A stretch of 64,000 nucleotides of DNA from Vicugna vicugna (taxonomy: Eukaryota), in NCBI GenBank assembly GCA_013265495.1, contig MU059072.1:806001-870000 (forward strand). The letters are read 5' to 3'. The position numbers were made by a program, and so were the translations under genes. Positions within the stretch are counted from its first letter, which is position 1; each line of letters opens with the position of its first letter. Below the pieces are notes generated by a model. That model was not told the DNA's origin. It did not search any database and was given only the letters and a program-made list of their open reading frames with translations. Positions 1 through 11,593 of this stretch are shown here, piece after piece.

Positions 1-149
1 ATGAGTAAGAAGGCACATGTTCAAAGTATTTTATGTTGCAGTTTTGCAACAGAACCTTGGCATATTTTAATGGCATTTTCAGGGAAATGTGTGGCTTAGT
101 CTCAAATGCAGAGTGCAGTTTGAATTCGTGGAGTAGAGGCTGTTAGCAC

Positions 150-290
150 TGTAGGCTGTGATAAGCCCCTTCCTCAGCTGCACGCCAGTGGGAAGTGAAA
201 TGCTTTCAGCCGAACCAGGTATGGGCGTCCGACTCTGCTGCACCGCCTGCTTTCAGGCTTCCTTCCCCACGTCTCACGTCCCACGTCTGC
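150..290 (+). promoter_or_regulatory. Candidate intronic promoter/enhancer with GATA, E-box and ETS-IRF composite motifs and a 5' splice site
   Basis: TGATAA 159-164; CAGCTG 175-180; GGAAGTGAAA 191-200; CAG|GTATGG at 218/219; local CpG cluster. Motif evidence only. Confidence 0.35.
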
Positions 291-3200
291 CTAGTTGCCT
301 GGTGTTTTCCTGTTTCCAAGGTCTTTCCTCACATTGAAATGTTAGAAATTCATGTTATCTTCTCTTGGGTACTTGAGCTGTAACAGAGGACGGAGGACAG
401 TGTTTGACATTATATGCTGCATCTGTCCCCCCTCCACCCCTACCCCGTGCCTAGCCTAGTGCCAGCCTAATAGATGTGCACATTTTTTGGTAGAGGGATT
501 CTCTGAATCATTGCAACAGTCAGCTTCTTATTTGTCCATTTATTCATGCGTTTATTTAACCACCACAACTATTATTAAACATTTAAAAGCATTATTACAA
601 ATTACATTACTCGGAACAAGAATTACCGAGGAATTGCTGTGCGCCGGGTGCAGGGGTGAGTACCTAGAGGAGGGCGAGATTCGTTCATACCTGCCTTCAG
701 GGAGCTAAGCCACAGTCCACTGGGGGCTTTTCTTAAGGTCTAGAACCAGAAATTTTCCTAGAAGCTTCGGGGGTGCGGGGCCTATGCTAGTGTTTTCAGT
801 CTTTCTGGATGTGACTTTCCTTACTGAGTGTGTAAGCAAATCATCTCACTGGAAAGAATTATTAGGGGAAGAGAGTATCTGAAATGGGATTGATAGCCTT
901 TGTTGTTTGAATATAAACAAGAACCATTCTGGGAAAACCTGTTCCCCAAAAATCCTTCAGGGTGCATGCCATAGTCAGATTCTTAGGTTTTGCCGCTTCT
1001 ACCCGCTTCAAGTCCCTTGTCCTGTTTCTGGTGCCACTGGTGACCCTCAGTGGGAGGGACACAGAACACAGTCTTCCACTCTCATGAAATGCCTCCTGAT
1101 TCTACTCTGCCAAAACCACCAACCCCTTTGACTTCTTCCTCCCCAAACCAGCACACTTGCATAGGGGTGTGGGTAAACTTGATTTCTGAACCCTTACCCC
1201 GGTGGAGTGCATCAGGAGGAGGAATGTGGAAGGGGAATGCACTGGGGAAGAGAAATTTGGTGGAGGTGGGATGAGATGGTGGGGAAGGTGCGGGCACTGC
1301 ATCTAGGAGCCCCTTATTCATTTGTCCATTCATTTATTCAGGAAACAGGAAAGGGTCTGCTCTGCTTTGTTCCAAAGCAGCTTTGTACCCCGTTGTACAG
1401 TTCCTAGCTGGCCTCCCCAGTGATGTGAGGGTGGATCCTTTACTACTAAATAAATAAATGCCACTGTAACTTGCCCTGGGCCTCGTGCTTGGAATTGCTC
1501 CTGTGAGAAGCAGCTCAGTTGCAAATCAGTTCAGCAACTTAGCGTATCTGTCCCAGGGAGTTTTGATTGGAGACTCCCATTTGAAACCACTGTGCATCTT
1601 CCCTGGTCACGTCCTGGCAACTCTTGCTCTGCTCAGCACTCATTTGAGCTTCTTACTGAGTCTCCTTGTCAGCTCCTACAGCAGACAGCTGCCTACTTTT
1701 ATGTATGTTATTATGGAACCCTCTGCCAGTTCCTTGAAGCAAATTTAGGCTAGTCTTATTTTAACTCGGACCATCCTAAGCAAAACTTGCAAATTTGATG
1801 AAAATTCATTAAAGCCTTTGCATGTGATGTGACCACAAAAAATAAAAGATCAACACTTCCCTTTACTTATAAATTATTGGTATTATGTTTTAATGACAGA
1901 CTATGTCCTCTCTTTCCCCACTCAGTGTAGAAAGTTTTCCTCCAGTCTTTCCCAACCTGTTGTCTATTCTTCCCTCTCAGCACCATTCATGTCAAATAAA
2001 AACCACTCAACAAACAGAAATCACAAAGCCAGGTAGTGTGGGTTTGTCTAAATTTAGATCTATCCCCTAACCCTGAGTGAGGATGGGCCAGAGACCAGGA
2101 AAGCCTAGGAATGTTGTAGGACACCTCCACGAGTTGACCAGGGGCATCCCAGTTGCCCCAGCATCCTGCAGAGGGTGGGAACTCATAGCTACACACCCGT
2201 CTCATCTGATCCCCAGGGGCTTGGGAGGAAATTGCATAGTTACCCAGAGGTAGTATTACTTGTGTAGAACCCTAGAGTAAGAGGTAGAGTCCTAGGAAGG
2301 ATTAGATTATTTGTGGTGTGTTATTATAACCCCTTGGCCCTTTGGGAAATTCTTTATGGGTGCCTTTCCTCATTAACTGGACTTTTCCACTGTGCTTTTG
2401 TTATTCTCATAAATGCTGAGGTCTTGCCTGAAATTTGGCCTCATTCCCAGACTGCACAACATGGTCTAATTTTTCGTTCTAATAAACAAAACAGTTTGTG
2501 TGCACTAAGTTATCCAAAGGTGCCTTTGTAGTTTAGCAAGCCACCCCCACATCAACTCAAAGAAATGCCCACTCTGGTTGTCCAAAGCCTCTTAAAGCCT
2601 TAGACTGACATGGGCCAGTGAGCCAAAGCTGAGGGCCTGCTTCCCAGCAGAAGGCAGATCTTCAAGGAGAGCTCTGGCAAAGCAGAGATAGGAGACTAGT
2701 CACTAGGAATGCCCTGTGAAAGTCCCACCCAAATGCAACCTTTGATTTCTTATCTTTTTTCTTTTCTATGCCTGCCTTTTGTTTTACATCATTTCTCTGG
2801 AGAAGGCATTTATTCGATTCCTGTCTCTCTATCATTTTAAGAATATTTTTAGTCCTTTTTTTTCAGGTGTCACAAAAGAAACATTAACATTTTATCTGGA
2901 ATAATTTCAAAGTCTTGATATGTTGTATGCATCTAAACACCCTGGAGAAAAAAAGATTAGTGTGATTAAATTAATCTCAGGGGGAGATTTAATTTGTTCC
3001 CCTGATAATTGTCCAGTATTACTTCTTTGTAGATAAAATACTATTCCTAGGCTGCTTACTCGCTCTACAACAGTCTTGCAGATGCTGGAACACTAAACCA
3101 AGGCTTGAGAATGGAAAACAAGAAGGTTTATGACACTATCAGGCAAATTTGCTTTGTGGGGGAGACTGAGACCTTTCTCAAAGCTTGCTGAGCCACTGTC

Positions 3201-3507
3201 TGTGTTTCTGATGTCCGGATGGGAAATTAAGCTCCCTAGACAAGCCCTGTGATGCTCTCCCTAGGTTGGAAGGACTGAGAGCCACTACTCCAACTCACTG
3301 AATTAGTGTGCACCCTCCACTGAGCTCCAGTTCAGGGGGGCTCTCTTCATCAGAGGAAGAATGTTCTATAAAGATCAGTGAGTTCATCGATCAAGAGGGC
3401 GTCTAGGGACTCCTTGTTTCTGACTGAGTTCCCAGGAAATATGTACCATTTGGGAGAAGCCATGACTCTACAAAACATAGCTTTTAGGGGCAACTGTAGC
3501 AACTGCT

Positions 3508-3620
3508 CTAAGCCTCAGTTTCCTTGTCTGTAAATGGTAACAGCTCACTAGAATTTTCTGAAGATGACTGGAGGTGATGTGTGTATGTGCTCAGCACAGT
3601 GCTCGACGTATGCAAGGAGA
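3508..3620 (+). mobile_element. MIR SINE fragment
   Basis: MIR core-like gcctcagtttccttgtctgtaaatgg. Confidence 0.7.
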
Positions 3621-4159
3621 CTATATGTGTTAGCTGTGACACAGACACCATTACACACAAAGTCGGACATTTTCCACTCTGGGTCCAAGTCTTGGTGACA
3701 CACAGGTCATACTTATTTCCTTTGACCATAACAATGTTTAGTCTGGCAGTCTTCAAAGTTTTTGAGAATGTTCCTTATTTGTAAAAAGAAAATCTTCCCA
3801 ATATATTTGTATCTACTTTATATGTATGTATTTCTGTAAATGTATGTGTGTATATGAATATATGTATATATGTGTATGCATATATATACACACATAGAAA
3901 GACAGTGTGCACTAAACATTGGTAATCTTAACTTTAACATTTTTTTTGTTAAAATATACGTGGAAGTTCTTATTTTTTTCCTGATAGCCTGAAGGACAAT
4001 TTTGGGCATCCCTTGGGGGCAGATGCCCCCACGGTCTCATCAGACAGGGTAATCTTGAGGTTGCATTAACCCGCAAATTCAAACAAGCAGGCTTCTCAAG
4101 GGAGTCTTGTCAGGCAAGGTGCTCTTGCTCTGTTGATCACTGTTTTTTTTTTTTTTTTC

Positions 4160-4355
4160 ATGGCACTGATCACTTACTTAAACTGTGCCATCAGTTTCTA
4201 GTTTCATTGTCTGTTATTTGTGCCTCTCTCCCCACAACTAAAGCTCAGACTTGTTCTAGGAGGGTAGGGACTTTGTTTATTCACATCTGTAGTCCTGGCT
4301 CAATGACATAGTGCCGGACACATGGTAGACCCTTAGTTAAATGAATGGATGAACA
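4160..4355 (+). mobile_element. L2 LINE 3' end
   Basis: Typical L2 tail: agggactttgtttattcacatctgtagtcc...gttaaatgaatggatgaa. Confidence 0.65.
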
Positions 4356-5189
4356 CTGGGGGAAATGTACCCTCTGCTTTTTCCCTCCCCATAAATTTTG
4401 GTTCATGGCAGGAAGCCCAGGAGAATGATGATGGTGGTGATGATTGTAGCCAGTATCGACAGCTCTCTGTAAAACCTCTTTGTGGGTTGACCCTCCCTCA
4501 GTAGTGTTCAGAGAGGAGCATTATTACCTCTTCATTTCTCCCAAACCTGAATGCTTTGGACTCCTCAGTGGGCAACATTTGGCTAATACTGAGGAGTTGT
4601 GGTTCTGCCTGGTACCAATGAGGCGCCAGACACCCACTCTCCAAGCCCATTTGACCCATACATGCATTCTTTTGGAATCTTTGCATAAACATGGGCGTTT
4701 TACATATTTCCTGCATGGTGCAAATGCCTTTAGGCCACTTCCTTCTTAATGCAAGTAGTCTGCAGACGCAGTCTTTTTGGTTTTCATTTTATGGTTTAGA
4801 GATAATTTCTCCCTGAAGAGTCAAGGCTATTTCTCTCTCTGGAATCCAGATTGTACTATAACAATACGATATCTGCCTCTTCTTCTGGTAAGGAAAATAA
4901 GCTTTCTAGCCCCTCAGGATCTTGATAGTTACTTTTTATAGCTGTCATAACATAAAAACGTTTCATCAAATGTGGGAAGATCTTTTGATAGTACTGAAAC
5001 CGTGGTACTCATTGCGAAAGCTCCTGAGGTTTGGCCTGTGGGATTCACAGATGCAGGCAGTGTCCCCAGACAACCACTGAATGCATTTAGCCTTAGCCTG
5101 CCGTGACTCACTCTTTAAGACAAATATAGAGATAAAAATAAACTATTATATAAAAATGTAAACTGATCTTGAATATATTTTTAACGTTC

Positions 5190-6125
5190 TTACCTTGGAT
5201 TTGTTTGGTTGGGTGTGAAAGAAAAATCAAGTCAAATTGACTTAGACAGTACAGTGAATTGACAGAGCATACAGCTGAAAAATCCAGAGGTAGGACTAGC
5301 CTCAGGAGAGGCTTGGTCTAGTTTCTTTCTCTGCATTTCTTGGCCCTGCAGCTTCTGTGTAGAATTTTTGCTTGGCAGCTTCCTCCACTCATGGTCCCAA
5401 CATGCTGTCAGTGACCCTTGGGGCTGTTTGCTTCCAAGTTGGAATCCAGTAAAAGAGATGAAGCCTACATCTCCAGCAAATTTCCAGAATTGATACAGTG
5501 AATATTAGTAAGACCTTAATCCCATGACATAGGTCACAAGCTAGTACCTGAATTCAAAATTGTAATTAGGAAGATGGGCCACGTAGTTGGTTTAAGCTAA
5601 TCTGAATCTGACCCTGGAGTCATAGACGGGAGTTGAGTCCATCCAGATCACAGGACTAAGAAGTTTGGGGCACTGTTAGCAGAGGGGAAGGGGGAAATAA
5701 GCTGAATGTCGGTTATACCTGGCATTAAAACAGGACTGGGCTGTGAGCACTGAGGTTGGCTTTTGATACTTAGTTTTGTAACTTTTGTATGTTACAATTC
5801 ACTCTTCAAATAGTTTCCATTTCTGGTTGTGATAGCCATTAGAGATGTCTGTTAGTGTTTCTGGCTTTCTGCCCTTCTGGTCAATGAGTTGTGAGCATTT
5901 GGGTTGAAGCATTAAGCTGTTGGGGTGAGACTCTTTGGGACTTTCTCTTTTCCCTCTAATACTGTAACTGGAAGTGTTTGAAATGGTGGCTGGTCCCCTG
6001 CGAGTAACTCTGATGAGCAGTCTCCCTGCTGGCTCATGCTGAACAAGCAGGATAAGCGAAAAATAAACTCTCAACTACATTAAGCCACGAAGGTTCATCT
6101 GTTACTCCGGCATACCCAGCTTACC
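5190..6125 (+). mobile_element. Old MaLR LTR fragments (MLT1J/K-like)
   Basis: MLT1-like start (ggatttgtttggttg...gaaaaatcaagtcaaattgactta) and MLT1J-like end (aataaactc...ttaagccacgaag...gttactccggcatacccagc). May be two elements. Confidence 0.5.
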
Positions 6126-6839
6126 TTCCTGTAGGGTACTGGATTTCCTAAATCCATTTGGATTGTTTGGGGGTTCTCGCAAGAATCTTATATTTGCATA
6201 ATATTTTTCAATTTGGCATAACTGCTTCCATGTCTATGCCTTAGCTCCACAATAGTTGTATAAACGTATAGATGAGAAATAGTATTAGCTCCATTTTGCC
6301 AGTGGACAAAATGAGGCAAACTCCTCAGATGAGATGCCCTGTTGACTTGTTTATCAGTGATTGGGACTTTATATTTGCTTTGTTTTCTCAAGCAATGCGA
6401 TTATACGATAAAATCTCATTATTAAAAAACAATGCTTCTCATTTTATTAATATTTTATTTGATGGCCCATCTTGAAGAATTTAATCATTTCTTGCTTATT
6501 TTTCCCCTCATAGCAAGTAGTCAGTGTTGAAAATATAAAGGACTTTTGCTGCTTCTGTTGGAAAGCTGAATTAAGGGAGTGGTTAGCTACACTGCTTGCC
6601 TACACTGAACTGTGAGGAGGATTGAAAGGAAGAACAAGGAAGCTGTGATCAGACCTCAGGCAAGACATAGCTGGGGCTCCTACTGAGGGGGTTGATTCCA
6701 GAGGAAAGGGTAGACATACAGTGTTTTCCTTGGTAAGGAAGTGGCAGCAGGCTAGAAATACAGAGTCCAGGAGAAAGCAAGGGCTGATAGCTCTGAAAGC
6801 AGAAGAGATATCTGCTCTGCAGTGAATTGGGGGAGCACA

Positions 6840-7086
6840 GTGGTGACCAGAATGGGCTCTGGAAGCAGTGCCACGATTCTGATCCTGGTCCCACCACTTA
6901 TAAGCTGTGCAGTCTTGTATAAACTATTTGATTGCTCTGTACCTTGGATTTCCCTTCTATAGAATGGGGATAACAGTACCTATTTCATGTGGATGTTGTG
7001 AGGATAAAATGAGCTACAAAATGTAAAGCTCTTAGAAGAGTACACATAGTAAGGACTCAGTAAAATATCAGCTATTATTATTATTA
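6840..7086 (+). mobile_element. MIR SINE, near full length
   Basis: MIR core, 3' part (gttgtgaggataaaatgag...catagtaag) and (tat)n tail. Confidence 0.75.
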
Positions 7087-9240
7087 GTCATTGCCTCCCC
7101 CTCTGCCACCATCCTGGTACAAGCCACCTATCATCTCTCACCTGGACATATTGAAAGACCTCCTCATTGGTCTTCTCACATCTTTTCTCTGTTATCTCCA
7201 TCTTTGTTCCGCTATCCCCCAGCTAGGGTAATCTTTTAATATTAGAGTCTCATCAGGATTACTTAAGACCTTGCAATAAAGACTAAAATCCTTAGTATAG
7301 ATTCCAAGAAACCTCTCTCTAGCTTTGGTCTGTGCTGACTTCTGTAACCCAGCCTCATAGTCCCTGCTTCTTATAGGGAGCAGGTGGTCCTCTGATGCTT
7401 CTCTGGGGACTGGCTCTTTCCTACCTACTGGTCCATGATTGCTTAATGACTGTATGGTTACACCTACCTCATTGTGGGGTCAGTTAACTGGTCCACTTCA
7501 CAAACAAACTAAAGCCGTGACTTCCAGCTTGACTTCTATCAGGACTAAAGATGCTATATAGATTCCCTTGACTTGCTCCTGCCTTTCTCTTTGCTTTCCC
7601 TCTTCTCCTCCTCCTGATTCTCTTCCTCCTCTTCCTTTCTTCTGAATTGGGATATTTCTAGTAGTCCTTGGTGGGAAAATAGTGCTAAGAAGTTAGTGGT
7701 GAAGATCTTCTGTGCTGTATTATAGAATGAGTTGTACTACAGTTTGACTGTAAGCCAAAAGGCTGGCTCAATGAAATGACTGAATATTAACATGCCTGAT
7801 GTAAGGTCTTACTGATGCTTGTATTCTTGGGTACTTCAGTGGAAACAGAAACAGTGCTTTTCCTTTCGATTGAAAAACAAAGAAAGGTAAATGGGTGCAG
7901 AAATTCTCCAGAAGGGGGAGCCCTTGTTCCTTGTTCCCAGTCAGCTGTGAGGATTTGCATCATCTGTGACTAAGTCACAACAGAGCCAGTAGAACAAACA
8001 CTATCATTGCTATACGTCAATTTAAGCAAAACTGTCACAGTTCTCATTTGGCCTTATCACTTTATCCCACACAACTGACTCTTCACCTACGTGGAATTCA
8101 GTTTTGTAGGAGAGTTTCTTTATAATCCCTGCCGTGGTTTTGAATAGCCCAGCAGATGCTATATCTGTTCTTTTAGCAATCAGATACAGGCTTACCCTCT
8201 ATCTTCGTTTCAACTTAGAAGGAAAATATAAAACAGAATTGGGAATATGTGACCCTTTTGGTCAACTGCTTTTTTTCTTTTTTCCAAGTCCCTTTTTTAG
8301 AAAAACATGTTGAAATTGACAGCTCTCAACAGCCTTCCTTCCCAACCCAGCTCTTGGGTAGAGAAATCACTGCAAAATAGTCACCGTCAACTTAGTTTTC
8401 AGCACAATACCGTGCATCAGACCAACTAAGCTGGGAACTCTGCTCTTGATACCTCTCTCTCTCATAACTTGTTGTACAGGGCTGGATGTGGTGATTCCTG
8501 GTAAATGTTAAAAAATGGCCATTTAACAGACGACAGTATTTTCTTTAAATGGGTATTAGTGATTATTAGGAGTCAGTGCAGTTTCATTTGAAACAAGTCA
8601 CACGGGCTAACCTTCGTTTGAAAATATTAGAGGATGGAAATTCTCTGGGTGTGTTGATTCTGAATGTAAGACCTGTCACCCCAAATGTCTCATGCTATCT
8701 TTGTGGATAAGATAGAATTAAGCGTCATGGGAGTATAGTTAGGTAGAGTTATAAATGGTTAGATAAAACATATTTTTAATATGTTTTATATAAACACCTG
8801 TAAAAGGTATTAACATTAATCTGTGTAGATGTCTCTAGTAGTTTGCCATAGTTTTATTTCTTTAATTAAATTTTTGGGGGAGTCTTTAGTTCTGTCTATT
8901 TTAATGTATTAGTTTTATGTAGCTTTGGAAGACTATAAAAAGGTCATGTGTTTGAAATTTTTTGATGATCCAAAGCTGGAAGAAATATTTAATACTTTGG
9001 GAGAGCACACTAAAGATTAATTTTTTTCATTTGGCTGGTATAATAGGAATATATGAAAGGTCTTTTACATCAATATTAAAAAATCAACTGTGAATGTTTA
9101 AGAAGGGGACACCTGACTTAATAGTGATTTATAAAGAAATGATCTAGAGATTTTAGTTCACCATAACTCAGTGTGCATAAAGTGAGATCAGTTGAAAAAA
9201 TTCTAATGAAATTTTAAGGCATGTTAGTTCAAAAATCCAG

Positions 9241-10312
9241 AACACAAAACATCATAGTCTCCTCTGTATACAAGCCAATAGAACCAGCCCGGCAATATGT
9301 GTTTGATTCTGGACATCGTGTTTTAAAAGAGATGCATAGAGGTTGGGATGGATCGAAGAGGCTGACCAGGAAGAGAAGTGCATGAGAGAAGTCATGGAGA
9401 AAGGCTGAGGGTGTCAGAAATGTCTGGATCAGAGTGGAGAGGACTTAGGGGAGTCCTGTGAGTCATCTTCAAGTATTAGAAGATTGTCAACATGGAAAGA
9501 GCTTAGACTTGGTTTAGGTGGCTCCAGGGATGGAGTTTGTCATATGGCAAAAAGTTACAGGGAGGCAAATTTGAGTCTTTAGTTATATTTACTTACTTAT
9601 TTTTTGTTGAAGTATAGTCAGTTTGTAATGTGTCAATTTCTGGTGTACAGTATAATGTTTCAGTTATACATATACATACATATATTCCTTTTCATTATAG
9701 GTTACTATAAGATACTGAATATAGTTCCCTGTGTTATACAGTATAAACTTGTCATTTATCTATTTTATGTACAGTAGTATATGCAAATCCCGAGCTCCCA
9801 ATTTATCCCTTCCTGCCCTTTCCCCCTGGTAACCATAAGTTTGTTCTTTATGTCTGTGAATCTGTTTCTATTTTGTAAATAAGCTCATTTGTGTCTTTTT
9901 TTAAGATGCCATATATAAATGATACCATATGGTATTTTTCTTTCTCTTTCTGGCTTACTTCACTTAGAATGGCGATCTCCAGGCCCATCCATGTTGCTAC
10001 AAATGACATTATTTCATTCTTTTTTATGGCTGAGTAGTATTCCATTGTGTGTGTGTGTGTGTATCACAGCTTGTTTATCCAGTCATCTGTCGTTGGACAG
10101 TTAGGCTGTTTTCATGTCTTGGCTATTGTAAATAGTTCTGCTGTGAACATTGGGGTGCAGGTGTCTTTTCAAATTACAGTCTCTCATTTTAAAGACCTTT
10201 CTAGCAATTCCCATTCTGAAATGGAAACAGGCTGCCTTGCAAGGTGGTTACTTTCCCATCATAAGTCTTTCAAAGACAGACCTAGGGGCCCCTTGTCAGA
10301 GTTACCTAAAGC
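9241..10312 (+). mobile_element. CR1/L3 LINE 3' remnant, split by an L1 insertion
   Basis: catcttcaagtattagaagattgtc...gttacagggaggcaaatttgagtct before the L1 resumes after it as ctctcattttaaagacctttctagcaa...ggctgcctt, matching the recalled L3 3' consensus. Confidence 0.6.
9585..10181 (-). mobile_element. 5'-truncated L1 (3' UTR plus end of ORF2-like region)
   Basis: T-rich tail, then gaagtatagtcagtt. Minus-strand ORF 9848-10045 (MEYYSAIKKNEIMSFVATWM...) is a typical L1 3' remnant. Internal (TG)8 at 10046-10061. Confidence 0.9.
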
Positions 10313-10698
10313 GTCATGTTTTCGGAAGATGGACCTGAAGTTCCTTCTCACCTCACAAGCCTCAGCATGAGCTCAGTGTCTACATATAGTAGGTTCTTAA
10401 GTAATATCTGCCAAATGAATAAATGTCTTAAGAGTTAAAAAGTGTCGGGGCAGACTTTTGCACTTGATACAGTTGTTTAATCATGGATGATTTTATAGCA
10501 TTGAACAGTAATTCCACCTAGTCTCAGGAGTATGTCATCTGGGGAAAAATGAAGGCCTTGGGCCACACAGAGTTTAAAATTTCTCAGATTACTGGCTTAT
10601 CTTTCTTGCTCAGGCATAACTCACATTCAGCCTTGTAAGCTATTCTGATAACAAACAGTGCCTTACCTCAAACTAATGTGATGCTGTTTCTTTTTCAG

Positions 10699-10812
10699 GA
10701 TAATCGTATCCACACATCCAAGTACAACATTCTCACCTTCTTGCCAATTAATTTATTTGAACAGTTCCAAAGAGTGGCAAATGCATATTTCCTTTTCCTT
10801 CTGATTTTACAG
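10699..10812 (+). CDS. ATP8B4: ATP8B4 coding exon (114 nt, phase 0-0): [38 protein letters not shown] (N-terminal region and TM1)
   Basis: Acceptor tttctttttcag|GAT; donor CAG|gtaatg. P4-ATPase motifs TSKYN and LFEQF. Confidence 0.97.
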
Positions 10813-11593
10813 GTAATGTGTAGGTTGTCTTTCTTCATCGTCTGTTGGTTAAAATTATTCATGTAATTGGAGAAAATACTTTGCTAAACGTTCATGATTA
10901 GGGAAAGCCAGCCTTATCAGATTTTTAATGTTATTATTACTGTTTCTCTTCACAAATGTGGGAGGGCTAGGAATGGGTAAAAACTAGTACATTCATCATT
11001 TTAAACACTAAAGTCATTTGAAAATGCAGCCTTGCACTTTATTTGAACCAAACCAGAGCGTAATAATTACTGTGCATAGCCTCCTTTCTTTCCTTATCTC
11101 CCTACCACATTGACAGTATGGATGTTGCCAGAGTTGAGGCAGAGTCTAGCTGACTAGTAGTTTGTGGAACTTGGGCAAATTTCATTTGCATCTCAGAACA
11201 ATGATGTATTTTACATACATATAAAATAAATGGTTTATGCTACATATTATTTCACTGTCACTATTTTTTATACTTTTGAATAGTTAATTGGTAGTTAATA
11301 ACCTTTCTTTTTCCTCCCATTTGACTAAAATTTGAGCTTAGATGAAATTTTAGCTTTTACTGATATTTTGGGAAGGAAAAGGCATAAATCAAAGAATACA
11401 CATACATATAAATGGCTCATGTTGGCCAATTATTTACCTAGTATCTATTTTCAGGTAATTTAAACAGATCAAACTTGTAGATTTAGAATGTACTGGGTTC
11501 TGTGTTAATTACAGGAGGTAAGAAGATGGATGAGATACGTACGGTCTATATTATGGCTTGAGTACTATTTTTTATTTAATTGAATAATGATTT

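Noticed and set aside
2968-3005. Two alternative short hairpins (aaattaatctc/gagatttaattt and tcagggg/cccctga)
   Set aside because: Short imperfect stems of this kind are expected by chance in 64 kb.
4134-4174. TGATCACT repeat flanking a T16 run as a TSD-flanked micro-insertion
   Set aside because: The second copy is part of the L2 3' sequence; poly(T) expansion plus chance similarity explains it.
11441-11460. tattttcag|gtaatt as a recursive splice site
   Set aside because: An AG lies 13 nt upstream, the donor is weak and the intron is only 3.4 kb.
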